A stretch of 64,000 nt of DNA. It comes from Alphaproteobacteria bacterium. Lineage in GTDB: Bacteria > Pseudomonadota > Alphaproteobacteria > Rs-D84. Within the stretch, counting starts at the first letter, position 1, and each line of letters starts with the position of its first letter. Position numbers and translations under genes: made by a program. The stretch covers positions 28,163 through 92,162 of the forward strand of contig JAVBPX010000005.1 of NCBI GenBank assembly GCA_031549365.1. The letters are read 5' to 3'. Of the stretch, positions 8,714 to 19,298 are shown piece by piece. A model generated the notes under the pieces. It saw only the letters and a program-made list of their open reading frames with translations. It did no database searches and was not told the origin of the DNA.

Positions 8714-11134
8714 ATGGATATTAATAATTTACAATCAAAACCTTTTTCTGAACTAGAAAATGGAATTTTGGATTTTTGGGCCGATAATGATTTTTATTCT
8801 GCAAATCCAAAATCAGACAAAAAACCATTTTGCATTATGATGCCTCCGCCAAACATCACAGGATCATTACATGCAGGGCACGCATTAAACAATGGATTAA
8901 TTGATTTTATTGTTCGATACAAACGAATGGATGGATTTGATGTATTATGGCAACCAGGGACGGATCACGCATCAATCGCAACCCAAATGATGGTTGAACG
9001 CGACTTATCGAAACGCGGAATTAACCCGAAATCTTTGACGAACGACGAATTATTAAATCATGCCTGGGAATGGAAAGAAAAATACGGAAACACAATTGTA
9101 TCGCAATTAAAACGTTTGGGTTATTCCGCTGATTGGAAACGTGAACGCTTTACGATGGATCCTGAATTATCATCTGCTGTTCAAAAAGTATTTATTAAAT
9201 TATACAATGACGGATTAATTTATCGCGACACACGATTGGTAAATTGGTGCCCAAAACAAAAGACTGCCGTTTCTGATTTGGAAGTAATTTCCCGCGAAGA
9301 AAAAGGTAAATTTTATTACATTAAATATCCTTTGGTTGACGGAGGGTTTATTGAATTGGCAACAACGCGTCCGGAAACTTTGTTTGGGGACACTGCAATT
9401 GCTGTTCATCCAGAATCCCAAAAATACGGGCATTTAATTGGAAAAATGGCAATGATCCCCTTAACAGATCGCATCATTCCAATTATTGGCGATGAACATG
9501 CAGATCCGGACAAGGGAACTGGCGCTGTTAAAATTACACCAGCACATGATTTTAATGATTTTGAAGTTGGACGTCGCCATAATTTGCCAATGATTAATAT
9601 TTTGACTGCGGACGCTAAATTAAATGAAAATGTTCCGGAAAAATATCGTGGGATGGATCGCTTTGATGCACGAAAATCGGTTGTTTCAGATTTATCGGAA
9701 TCCGGCTTATTAATTAAAACAGATGATCATTTAATGCAAGTTCCATATTCCGAACGCGGCGATGTTGTTATTGAACCGTATATGACTGAACAATGGTATG
9801 TTCGTGCAGAAACATTGGCTAAACGTGCAATTGACGTTGCTGAAAATGGGGAAATATCATTTTTACCCGCACATCGTAAAAATTTATATATGGCATGGAT
9901 GTCTGATATTCGTCCATGGTGTATTTCGCGCCAATTATGGTGGGGGCATAAAATACCCGCTTGGTATGACGAAGCTGGCAATATTTATGTTGCAGAAAAT
10001 GAATCGGATGCAGTAAAACAATCCGGCGGCAAAAAGTTGATCCAAGATAACGACGTTCTGGACACTTGGTTTTCATCGGCATTATGGCCATTTGCAACAT
10101 TGGGCTGGCCGCGTGACACCGCAGAATTAATGCGTTATTATCCAACCGATATTTTAATTACTGCTCCGGATATTATATTTTTCTGGGTTGCGCGGATGGT
10201 TATGATGGGATGTTATATTATGAATGATATTCCCTTTAAAACTGCATATTTCCACGGCTTGGTACGCGATGCTTCCGGTCAAAAATTTTCAAAGACCAAG
10301 GGCAATGGTGTTGACCCAATTGATGTTGTAAATAAATATGGGGCGGATGCGATGCGTTATTGGATTTCGACTGCACCAATTGGAACAGATTTACGATACA
10401 ACGAAGAAGATGTTAAAAAAGGCTCCAAATTCATAAACAAATTATGGAATGTTACAAAATTTGTATTGATGAATTTATCCGACTTTGATCCAAAAACTGC
10501 GACCGAAATTAATGTATCCGATCGTAATTTAATGGATCGTTGGGCGTTATCTGAAATGAACCAAACAATCCGTGATGTTCGCAAACATTTGGATTCGTAT
10601 GATACATTTAATGCACGCGAATCCATGGATAAATTTTTCTGGCAAATATTTTGCGATCAATACACAGAATACGTAAAAGAAAGATTTTGGCAGGTTGAAC
10701 GTTTTGGGAATGAATCAAAATTGTCTGCGCAATGGACATTGTTTGAAATATTGCAAAACATAATAAAAATGTATGCAATATTTATTCCATTTGTAACCGA
10801 AGAAATTTATCAAAAAACATTTGCTGAATTTGATGATTCGAAATCAATTCATATATCCGCGTACCCCGCGGAATCTATGGATTTGGATACAAATGTTGAT
10901 GATATGAAAATTGCATTATCAATACTTAAAGCTGTGCGTCAATTACGTACAGAAAAACAGATTGGCGCAACAGCAAAATTAAAATCAATTACGATTGATG
11001 GAAAAATTCCAGAATCATTGAATGATATTATTTTAATGGCCGCACGATCGAATGAAATTATTTTTGGAAATGCTTCAACATCTGTTGAAAATATTGATTT
11101 AAAAATTGATATAGTTCCATCGGAAGTAAAATAA
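8714..11134 (+). CDS. valS: Valine--tRNA ligase
   Basis: PPPNITGSLHAGH, GTGAVKITPAHD, WCISRQLWWGH, KFSKT (KMSKS variant). Confidence 0.97.
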   Translation: MDINNLQSKPFSELENGILDFWADNDFYSANPKSDKKPFCIMMPPPNITGSLHAGHALNNGLIDFIVRYKRMDGFDVLWQPGTDHASIATQMMVERDLSKRGINPKSLTNDELLNHAWEWKEKYGNTIVSQLKRLGYSADWKRERFTMDPELSSAVQKVFIKLYNDGLIYRDTRLVNWCPKQKTAVSDLEVISREEKGKFYYIKYPLVDGGFIELATTRPETLFGDTAIAVHPESQKYGHLIGKMAMIPLTDRIIPIIGDEHADPDKGTGAVKITPAHDFNDFEVGRRHNLPMINILTADAKLNENVPEKYRGMDRFDARKSVVSDLSESGLLIKTDDHLMQVPYSERGDVVIEPYMTEQWYVRAETLAKRAIDVAENGEISFLPAHRKNLYMAWMSDIRPWCISRQLWWGHKIPAWYDEAGNIYVAENESDAVKQSGGKKLIQDNDVLDTWFSSALWPFATLGWPRDTAELMRYYPTDILITAPDIIFFWVARMVMMGCYIMNDIPFKTAYFHGLVRDASGQKFSKTKGNGVDPIDVVNKYGADAMRYWISTAPIGTDLRYNEEDVKKGSKFINKLWNVTKFVLMNLSDFDPKTATEINVSDRNLMDRWALSEMNQTIRDVRKHLDSYDTFNARESMDKFFWQIFCDQYTEYVKERFWQVERFGNESKLSAQWTLFEILQNIIKMYAIFIPFVTEEIYQKTFAEFDDSKSIHISAYPAESMDLDTNVDDMKIALSILKAVRQLRTEKQIGATAKLKSITIDGKIPESLNDIILMAARSNEIIFGNASTSVENIDLKIDIVPSEVK

Positions 11135-11152
11135 TTAATAACAACCCTCAAT

Positions 11153-11187
11153 AAAAAACCGACTATTTACTAATAGTCGGTTTTTTA
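11153..11187. terminator. Bidirectional intrinsic terminator
   Basis: AAAAAACCGACTATT-TACT-AATAGTCGGTTTTTT. Confidence 0.8.
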
Positions 11188-11265
11188 TTTTTTATCTAAA
11201 TTGACTCTGATTTCATTGCCGCAAGTTTGACATTTTATCCAATGTTGTCAATCATGACTTTTGCC

Positions 11266-12696
11266 CTAGCCTATTTTGATAACGCATGTAATTCTGGTTT
11301 CGCGTTCGAATCCTTCTCGCAATCCCCCACGCGTAACAACAACGATGTGGTCCCCAGATTTTACAACACCCAATTTTTGCGCGATATCAGATGCAACACT
11401 TTCGTATTTTTGGCCTTTGATAACCGACGCATCAAACACAGGGATAACAGCATGGGACAGACATAATTGATTTGCAATAATTTCTTCGTCGCAAACAGCA
11501 ATGATCGGAATCATCGAACGACGAGCCGATAATTCACGTGCCGATTTTCCAGAATCTGAAAATACAACAATTGCTTTGGCATCGTTTAATTCCGCCATGT
11601 ATGCGATCGATTCAGACAAACTGGATTCGTCTGAAATATCTGGGACTCCGCTTTCTGATTCGCATGAATTTTCAATTTGATCCCATTCCGCGGACGCTAA
11701 AATACGCGCCATCGCATCAACCGTTTCAATTGGATAATCACCCATTGTTGTTTCCATTGATAACATTGTTGCGTCTGTCTTTTGATATGATGCTGTCGCA
11801 ACATCGGACACTTCGGCGCGCGTTGGATATAATGCATGAGTCATACCTTCCATCATTTGCGTTGCAACAATAATCGGTTTGTTTTTTTGACGACACATAC
11901 GTATCATTTGACGTTGAACAACAGGTACCTGTTCATATGGAATTTCAACACCCAAATCTCCGCGTGCAACCATGGCGCCATCACATGCATCAATGATTGA
12001 TTCCAAACGTTCAACTGCTTGGGGGCGCTCCAATTTTGCAATAATTAAAACTGGACGATCTGTGTGCTGTTTAATAAATTCGCGAACTTCGGCAATGTCG
12101 GATGCTTTTTGAACAAACGAAACCGCAATTAAATCAACGTTTTTTGATAATGCGTACACTAAATCTTTTTTGTCTTTTTCTGTTAATACAGATGTATTGA
12201 TTTCGGCATTTGGAATATTGAACGCCCGGCGATCCCAAATATCATCCCCACGAACCACAGTGGTTTCAACAGATTTATCCATTTTTTTTGTAACCAATAA
12301 TTCCATTTTACCGTCATTTAATAAAACTCGGGTGCCTGGCACCAAAGCCTCCATAACATCTGGATCCGGCAATTGAACACGTGTTTCATCTCCCAATTTT
12401 GGATCCAAATCCAATATGAATTTTTGTCCTGGTACCAACTTATATTTTTTACCATCCGCCCCGCCAACAAAATCGCCAATTCTGTGTTTTGGGCCCTGCA
12501 TGTCGGCCATGATCGCAATTGGTTTTCCAATTTTTTTTGAAACAGCACGAATTTTATCAATATTTTGACCGTGAAATTCATGCGCGTCGTGGCTGAAATT
12601 CAATCTGCATACATCCATACCGTGTTCGACCAATTCTTCTATGCGGTCGCACGATGCCGGCCCGATGCTGGCCACGATTTTTGTTAATTTTTTCAT
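11266..12696 (-). CDS. pyk: Pyruvate kinase
   Basis: TKIVASIGPA, RLNFSH, MVARGDLGVE, VATQMME. Confidence 0.97.
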   Translation of the reverse strand: MKKLTKIVASIGPASCDRIEELVEHGMDVCRLNFSHDAHEFHGQNIDKIRAVSKKIGKPIAIMADMQGPKHRIGDFVGGADGKKYKLVPGQKFILDLDPKLGDETRVQLPDPDVMEALVPGTRVLLNDGKMELLVTKKMDKSVETTVVRGDDIWDRRAFNIPNAEINTSVLTEKDKKDLVYALSKNVDLIAVSFVQKASDIAEVREFIKQHTDRPVLIIAKLERPQAVERLESIIDACDGAMVARGDLGVEIPYEQVPVVQRQMIRMCRQKNKPIIVATQMMEGMTHALYPTRAEVSDVATASYQKTDATMLSMETTMGDYPIETVDAMARILASAEWDQIENSCESESGVPDISDESSLSESIAYMAELNDAKAIVVFSDSGKSARELSARRSMIPIIAVCDEEIIANQLCLSHAVIPVFDASVIKGQKYESVASDIAQKLGVVKSGDHIVVVTRGGLREGFERETRITCVIKIG

Positions 12697-12830
12697 CTTT
12701 TTAATCCTTTTTTATTTTTGCAAGATTTCCTCTTTAATTTTCTTGCAATTTCGTTATTTTTAGCCTATTATAGCACGCACAAACTATACATCAATATCGC
12801 ACATAAAATCAAGGACAAAGGAGGTCCCAT

Positions 12831-13073
12831 ATGGCAAAAGAAACAGGAATCGCAGGCGATCAATTAAAATCCTTGGTCGAACGAATCGAAAGACTGGAAG
12901 AAGAAGTATCCAACATCCGTGCGGACGTTCGCGAAATTTACGGCGAGGCCAAAGGCATGGGATTTGAACCAAAATACATCCGCCAAATCATTAAATTACG
13001 CAAAATGGATCCGGATGAACGCGAAGAATCCGAAGAAATTTTGTCCCTGTATCGTCAAGCAATTGGATTGTAA
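12831..13073 (+). CDS. gapR: GapR/DUF2312 nucleoid-associated protein
   Basis: QLKSLVERIERLEEE..EAKGMGF. Confidence 0.9.
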   Translation: MAKETGIAGDQLKSLVERIERLEEEVSNIRADVREIYGEAKGMGFEPKYIRQIIKLRKMDPDEREESEEILSLYRQAIGL

Positions 13074-13162
13074 TTTAAAATACATTAAAATCCCCCAATC
13101 GGGGGATTTTTTAATTAATTCTGGATTTTTATTAAAACACCCTTATAATGGACTTGTTATAG

Positions 13163-13247
13163 GCGGGTATGGCGAAATTGGCAGACGCACTGGATTTAGG
13201 TTCCAGCGAGGCAACTCATGTGGGTTCAAGTCCCTCTACCCGCACCA
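13163..13247 (+). tRNA. tRNA-Leu(TAG)
   Basis: Cloverleaf, CTGGA-TTTAGGT-TCCAG, CCA. Confidence 0.97.
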
Positions 13248-13249
13248 TT

Positions 13250-13372
13250 AAATCCATGAAAATGGAATCCTAAATCTGTTTTGAATTTGCTTCCCTCGGT
13301 CATGTACCAATGCGTACACTCCCTGCGGGCTCAAAATCAAAATATCTTTATTATTCTCATTTTGATGAATTT
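13250..13372 (+). repeat. Long palindromic element (family H)
   Basis: TGAAAAT(13257)...ATTTTGA(13365), central GTCATGTAC..GTACACTCC. Confidence 0.75.
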
Positions 13373-13446
13373 CAAAACTTATGAGATAGTTATTAGAATA
13401 TCTATCGCGAAACATTAAAATTATTTCACTGACGTTTATAATTAAA

Positions 13447-14700
13447 TTAATCTAAATATGGTTTTATTTGATTTATTATATTATCCAAAACATGGCTCTT
13501 TTTGGCCAAAAATGACGATATTTTTTTGGATTGTTTTGCAATTTCATGCGGATTATCCAAATAATACATTACACGTGATGTTAATTCGTCCGAATCATTG
13601 ATTCGATCAATTATTTTCGCATCATCCATTTCATTATATAATTCCGCAAATGTTGATGTGTTTTTACCAACGATTACAACGTTACCCAATTGCATTGCTT
13701 CCAATGGCGAAGACCCACGCATGTCGGATAACATGGACCGACCCATAAACACAATGTTTGATGAACGGTAAAAAATACCCATTTCACCCAATGTATCGGC
13801 AACATATATATTTGTTTTTGATTTTGGAATTTTATTTTCCGAACGGCACGCTATTGACCCACTATTCATTGCCGCGATTTTCTTTAATTCATCCCGCATT
13901 GATGGATGACGTGGTGTAATTATCAATAATGCGTCTTTGTGCTTTTTTAAAATATTTTTATGAACATCAATTGCGATGCGTTCTTCACCTTCACCCAATA
14001 CAGCGGCATGCCATGTTGGACGTTTGCCAATCCATTTTTCAAATGCCAAACGTTCAGATTTATTGTCCGCGGACGGTGGATTGCCGTATTTCATATTATC
14101 GGATACAATTACGTTGCCCGCGCCCATTTTCCCTAGATTTTCGGCATCATGATCCGATTTTGCAATTGCCAAATTAATTGAATCCATCATGTTTTTTGTA
14201 AACGATCTGGATTTTTGATATTTTTTAAATGCACGTTCTGTTACAGATCCATTAACCAAAATTTGTGGAATTTTATGACGACGCAAATAATCCATTTGAA
14301 CAGGCCAAAAATCTGAATCAATTCGTATCATTGCATCCGGGCGCCAATGTTTCATAAACCGATTTATAATAAATGGCACGTCAACCGGCGAATATTGATG
14401 GATTATATCCGGATAATTTTTGTCTGCAATTGATGCCGCCGTCACGGTGCCATACGTTAATAATATTTTATATTTTGGAAATTTTAATTTCAGTTCAGAT
14501 ATTAATTGTTTAACAGATAAAACTTCACCAACCGACGCGCCATGAATCCAAATTAATTTTCCATTCGGACGTTTTGCTTTTGGTTTTCCCAAACGTTCAT
14601 TAAAGCGTAATTTATCCTCTTTGCCGCGACGCATACGACGCCGCAAATAAATATAAATTAATGGATAAAATAACGTTATTAATATTTTATACAAAAACAT
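13447..14700 (-). CDS. waaA: 3-deoxy-D-manno-octulosonic acid transferase
   Basis: IWIHGASVGE, PRHP, DTLGEM motifs. Confidence 0.93.
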   Translation of the reverse strand: MFLYKILITLFYPLIYIYLRRRMRRGKEDKLRFNERLGKPKAKRPNGKLIWIHGASVGEVLSVKQLISELKLKFPKYKILLTYGTVTAASIADKNYPDIIHQYSPVDVPFIINRFMKHWRPDAMIRIDSDFWPVQMDYLRRHKIPQILVNGSVTERAFKKYQKSRSFTKNMMDSINLAIAKSDHDAENLGKMGAGNVIVSDNMKYGNPPSADNKSERLAFEKWIGKRPTWHAAVLGEGEERIAIDVHKNILKKHKDALLIITPRHPSMRDELKKIAAMNSGSIACRSENKIPKSKTNIYVADTLGEMGIFYRSSNIVFMGRSMLSDMRGSSPLEAMQLGNVVIVGKNTSTFAELYNEMDDAKIIDRINDSDELTSRVMYYLDNPHEIAKQSKKISSFLAKKSHVLDNIINQIKPYLD

Positions 14701-15673
14701 TTTTAAACCTTTTTTTAATAATGGATGCCAGCCGATCCGATTCCAAAATTAATTTTGTTTTATTTTTAATTTTTGGTGTTTTATTAATTAAACTGATTGC
14801 CCAACCGTTTTTATAAAAACCGTCCAGAAATTTAATGTTTTTATCCCTTATTAAATCCGGGTTATCATATACAAATACCGGCTTTTTTGTCGTTGCGCAT
14901 TCACCAATCATTGAAATTGAATCCCCAGTTACAGCCAATAAATCAGAACAAGAATAAATTCCAAAAATTGGGTTTTTTTCACCGGATTTATAGTCGTGAA
15001 AATAATATGGAACTGTTAATTTTGATAAAATTATTTTGGTTTGATTATCGCCTGTGCGTCGTGAATTTGTCATAATAATATTTGCATTATTTTTTAATGC
15101 CAAATCATTTATTTTTTCACCAAAATCGTCCGCCATTTCATTTGTAAAAATTGTACCCGGTGTTGACCCGCCAATCAATACTCCCAAATATGGTTGTTTA
15201 ACCAATTTTTTAAATTTTGGCATCCATTCTTTTTTATTATCTGACAAAAATTTATCCGATAATTGATTAATCGCCATTTCTGAAATTATTGTATTTTTGG
15301 AAACGGACCCACGAACATCATGACGATTCATAATAACCAAATCAATGTTTCGAATCCCACCAAAATCCGGCGCCATAATTGTAATGGTTTTGGTTTTTGG
15401 AAATTTATTTTTAATCCACCATAAAACAGGGGATAAACGCCGTCCCGATCCAATCACTATATCAGGCTCCGATTGCGATGACAATGCGCGTTTTAATTCA
15501 GATGGTATTCCAATATATTTCAATGGGCCAAAACGCAAGAAATTCGGCCATTTTCCCCATTTATTTAATTCAATTTTTTGTTCAACAACGTCGTTGGATA
15601 ATGCATAGCCCAGCCCTTGGGACTGACGCCATGATCCGACGCGATCATCAATTAAAATCCAAACTTTTACCAT
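14687..15673 (-). CDS. ELM1/GtrOC1 family putative glycosyltransferase
   Basis: VLIGG, SRRT, VTGDSISMIGEC motifs. Confidence 0.85.
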   Translation of the reverse strand: MVKVWILIDDRVGSWRQSQGLGYALSNDVVEQKIELNKWGKWPNFLRFGPLKYIGIPSELKRALSSQSEPDIVIGSGRRLSPVLWWIKNKFPKTKTITIMAPDFGGIRNIDLVIMNRHDVRGSVSKNTIISEMAINQLSDKFLSDNKKEWMPKFKKLVKQPYLGVLIGGSTPGTIFTNEMADDFGEKINDLALKNNANIIMTNSRRTGDNQTKIILSKLTVPYYFHDYKSGEKNPIFGIYSCSDLLAVTGDSISMIGECATTKKPVFVYDNPDLIRDKNIKFLDGFYKNGWAISLINKTPKIKNKTKLILESDRLASIIKKRFKNVFV

Positions 15674-15781
15674 TTTATTCTCCGTATTGGTAAAACATAG
15701 CAAATTATTCGAAAAAAATCCAGTCTGTACTTTTATTTTGACTTTTAATAATTGCCCGTTATAATACGGCGTATGAATTAT

Positions 15782-15858
15782 GGGTGTATAGCTCAGTTGG
15801 CTAGAGCGTTACGTTGACATCGTAGAGGTCGTTGGTTCGAGCCCAATTACACCCACCA
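15782..15858 (+). tRNA. tRNA-Val(GAC)
   Basis: Cloverleaf, TTACG-TTGACAT-CGTAG, CCA. Confidence 0.96.
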
Positions 15859-15956
15859 TGATTAAAAATGTGGAATGTTAATAACATTCCACATTTTTTG
15901 ATTATCTGTACAGAATTTGCAATTTGAGCCAGCGAGAAAACTCTCCCATTAATAAT

Positions 15957-16640
15957 TTAGCAAAATTTATCCCAACGTTTTTTAACTGATTTAAAAAATC
16001 TCTGCAAACGGTTTGTTGTGTGTGTTGCATAATCAAACCGAACCGCAACGCGTGGTAATTTTAAATCCAACGCCATCATCATGCGATGATGACCCTGATT
16101 CAAGCTGTCGAATGTGCCGAAATTTCTGTGTAATAAAATTTCAATTGGATATTTATCATCAAAACCATTTTTTTCAAATGATTTTTTTAATTCATTATAT
16201 CGGCGAAGACGTTCTTCATCCGACATTTTCCACTGTTTACTGGTTAAAATATATGCATTTTCGGGTGTTCGATGCGCACGTTCCAAACCCATTTTACGAA
16301 TTTCAAACGGATCCATGTGATAGATGTTTGACCCCTGTTTAATAAAGTTTTTTCGTAATACCCGAATAAACGGGGTAATTAAATCAAACCAAAAATTTTG
16401 GCGACGAAATGCCAACCGAACCGGCCAATATGTGTGTTTTGATTTTTTTGCATTTTCCAAAATACGACGCCCAGAAATCAGTTGATCCGATATATTATTT
16501 TTTTTATTCCCCAATAAAATTATAACTTTGTTATCAGATTTTTTATTTTTTTTTGACTTTAAATCCGGCAATGCCAAGACATCATTAATATCCAGCATAT
16601 AACGTTCCGAAGACAAAGCAGTATATAATTTTTTCACCAA
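15957..16640 (-). CDS. Basic hypothetical protein with a ParB/Srx-like C-terminal segment
   Basis: SFEKNGF..PI..LNQGHHR resembles the ParB/Srx (D)GxHR box. Confidence 0.5.
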   Translation of the reverse strand: MVKKLYTALSSERYMLDINDVLALPDLKSKKNKKSDNKVIILLGNKKNNISDQLISGRRILENAKKSKHTYWPVRLAFRRQNFWFDLITPFIRVLRKNFIKQGSNIYHMDPFEIRKMGLERAHRTPENAYILTSKQWKMSDEERLRRYNELKKSFEKNGFDDKYPIEILLHRNFGTFDSLNQGHHRMMMALDLKLPRVAVRFDYATHTTNRLQRFFKSVKKRWDKFC

Positions 16641-16702
16641 GAAAATAATCCCATTTGTTATAAATGGGATTATACAAATATTTTTGCAAAAGTCCAGTAA
16701 TA

Positions 16703-17398
16703 CTATGCCTTTTTGGCACGAAACCGTACCGTTGGATGGGCATGCATGCCGTTACAAAATGGCTTGTTTGACGAAGCACCACAACGACATAATGTTTGTT
16801 TTGGACGAACTTCGTAACTTTGCCCATCGGCGCTTTCAACACGAATTCCACCGCGAATCCACAACGGACCGGATAATTTTAATCCAGAATCTTCGATTGT
16901 TGAGATTTCCGTTGGTTGAGGCGCATCCACCGATTTTCCAAATTTATCGAACATTAACAGGCGGCCCGATGGGCATAAATCAGCCTCGGCAATTGCCCAT
17001 TTATCGGCTTGTTTATCACCAACTGTTACCAAATTCCAGATTTTACCATGAGCATCACAAAAACGTGCAAACGCACAATAATCACGATTATCCATCAATG
17101 TTAAATTTGGTCCGTCTGTGCGTTCTGCATTTTTTAAAATTGGTTCAAAAGACGCTGTTTCCGTTCCATCAAACCCAACGGGAGTATGCGACCCATCGCA
17201 AAACGGCGCCGTTTTGGATTTTCCGCAACGACATAATGCTATTGGATCCGATTTGATTTCAAAAGTTTCCCCATCGCCATATTTCACAGAAATACCATTC
17301 GTATCTGTTAATATAATTTTTTCGGAAACGGATGAAATTCCGTAAACCAAATACGGTCCGTCTTTGCTAACCTTAATGTATGGTTTTTTATCTGTCAT
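16703..17398 (-). CDS. CDGSH iron-sulfur domain protein
   Basis: Two LCRCGxSxxxPFC(D/N)GxH motifs flanking a divergent ferredoxin-like segment. Confidence 0.9.
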   Translation of the reverse strand: MTDKKPYIKVSKDGPYLVYGISSVSEKIILTDTNGISVKYGDGETFEIKSDPIALCRCGKSKTAPFCDGSHTPVGFDGTETASFEPILKNAERTDGPNLTLMDNRDYCAFARFCDAHGKIWNLVTVGDKQADKWAIAEADLCPSGRLLMFDKFGKSVDAPQPTEISTIEDSGLKLSGPLWIRGGIRVESADGQSYEVRPKQTLCRCGASSNKPFCNGMHAHPTVRFRAKKA

Positions 17399-17446
17399 TT
17401 ATTCATCCTTTGCGCTTTTAATTTTTATATATAACTAGTATTTAAA

Positions 17447-17995
17447 TTAAAACACTTTGATAACACCAACAAATGCGCCCATGCGATCAACATTATTCAT
17501 GCTTTGCAAATCTGTATCTTTGAAATTCAATACCGCCCGAGTATATTCCATACCAACGTTTAAATTCCACCCAGAATTAAATGGAACGCGAACGCCAAAC
17601 GTTGAACCCCAAACCCATCCAACCTGGACGTCTGCATCTTTTGGATCATATGCAACGGCACCAATTCCAACCAATAAATATGGAATTAATTTTGCTTCGG
17701 ACGGAGCAACCTCGAACCCGGATTTTATCATCATATTTGAATAATTCGTACTTGGGTCTGTTTTATATCCAAAATTATACGCACCTTCGGTACGCCAAAT
17801 CCAGTTATCTGACATTCTGATCATAGCGCCAGAATGCAACTGAAACCCAGGCATAAAATTTGTATCAACATTTTGTTCGCGCACATTATGTAATCCATAA
17901 AATGCGTTCAAACCGGCATAACTATCCGTTTCATATCCTGCATTTGCAGACGTCACAGCTAAAATTGCAATAATTGATAATGTGATTTTTTTCAT
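17447..17995 (-). CDS. Small outer-membrane beta-barrel protein
   Basis: Signal peptide, PYLLVGIG strand, terminal Phe. Confidence 0.75.
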   Translation of the reverse strand: MKKITLSIIAILAVTSANAGYETDSYAGLNAFYGLHNVREQNVDTNFMPGFQLHSGAMIRMSDNWIWRTEGAYNFGYKTDPSTNYSNMMIKSGFEVAPSEAKLIPYLLVGIGAVAYDPKDADVQVGWVWGSTFGVRVPFNSGWNLNVGMEYTRAVLNFKDTDLQSMNNVDRMGAFVGVIKVF

Positions 17996-18103
17996 TTAAA
18001 TCTCCTTGGGATTTGTTTGATATTAATAATCATAGAAAAAACTAGAACATAAAGCAACAGGATAAAATCCAAAATTTTAATAATATTATGATATAATGTA
18101 TTC

Positions 18104-19261
18104 ATGAAAAGATATGATATAATTATTATTGGTGGCGGAGCGGCAGGAATTATGTGCGCCATTTCCGCATTATCTAGTAAAAAATCGATTTTAATCGTTG
18201 ATATGGGGCCCAAATTATTGCGGCGAGTTTTAATTTCTGGGGGCGGACGTTGTAATTTTACAAACATTCATGCCATATACAAAAATTATCATGGAAATGA
18301 TCCAAAATTTGCAATTGACGCATTGTCTGAATTTGGACCAAATGATATTTTAAATTATGTAAAAAAACATAAAATTGAATGGTATGAAAAAACAGACGGG
18401 CAGTTATTTTGTAAAAACACTTCGGCCGATTTGGTAAATGCATTATTAAGCGATGCACGAGGCGCTGATATTTTATTAAATACATCTGTTTCCGCTGTTC
18501 ATAAACGCAATGATATTTTTTCAATATACGATAACAAGCAAAAATTAATTGCGACTTCAAATAAACTGGTTATTGCAACAGGCGGATTGGCATATCCACA
18601 AATAATGGTTTCCAGCCTTTCGGCCAGCGTTTCAAAAACATTTAAACATACTATTATTCCTTTGAAACCTGCATTAACTGGACTCAAAACCCGGGTTTTT
18701 TCATCATTGTCTGGGATTTCAGTGAATGTTGATTTAAATGTTAATAATAAAAAATTAAACGGATATTTATTGTTTACACATAATGGAATTTCTGGACCTG
18801 TTGTATTTAATTCTTCGCTATTATTTCCATTTGAAAAATATGAAATAAATTTTTTACCAAAATGTAATTTATTTGATGAATTAATTAAATTAAAAAAGAA
18901 TAAATCAAAAAAAACAATTTCTGGTTTTTTATCAACAAAAATGCCCTCGCGATTGTCCAAATTTTTAACAGAAAAAACAAGCAACAATGCTATTGAAAAA
19001 ATATCAGATGAAGAATTAAAAAAAATATCAAATAATGTTCAAAAATATCTTTTGGAAAAACTGGAATTAAATTCATATGAACGGGCCGAAGTTATGTCTG
19101 GTGGGATATCAACAAATGAAATTAATCCGAAAACAATGGAATCAAAAAAAATATCTGGATTATATTTTATTGGTGAATGCTTGGATATCGCTGGGGATTT
19201 GGGTGGGTTTAATTTAACATGGGCATTTTCTTCGGGAAATGTTTGTGGAAAAAACATTTGA
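18104..19261 (+). CDS. HI0933/BaiN family flavoprotein
   Basis: GGGAAG, ISGGGRCNFTN, LFTHNGISGP, GGFN. Confidence 0.92.
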   Translation: MKRYDIIIIGGGAAGIMCAISALSSKKSILIVDMGPKLLRRVLISGGGRCNFTNIHAIYKNYHGNDPKFAIDALSEFGPNDILNYVKKHKIEWYEKTDGQLFCKNTSADLVNALLSDARGADILLNTSVSAVHKRNDIFSIYDNKQKLIATSNKLVIATGGLAYPQIMVSSLSASVSKTFKHTIIPLKPALTGLKTRVFSSLSGISVNVDLNVNNKKLNGYLLFTHNGISGPVVFNSSLLFPFEKYEINFLPKCNLFDELIKLKKNKSKKTISGFLSTKMPSRLSKFLTEKTSNNAIEKISDEELKKISNNVQKYLLEKLELNSYERAEVMSGGISTNEINPKTMESKKISGLYFIGECLDIAGDLGGFNLTWAFSSGNVCGKNI

Positions 19262-19298
19262 TGTTTGTTATTATTTTGCTGTTAAAAAAGGAAATACC

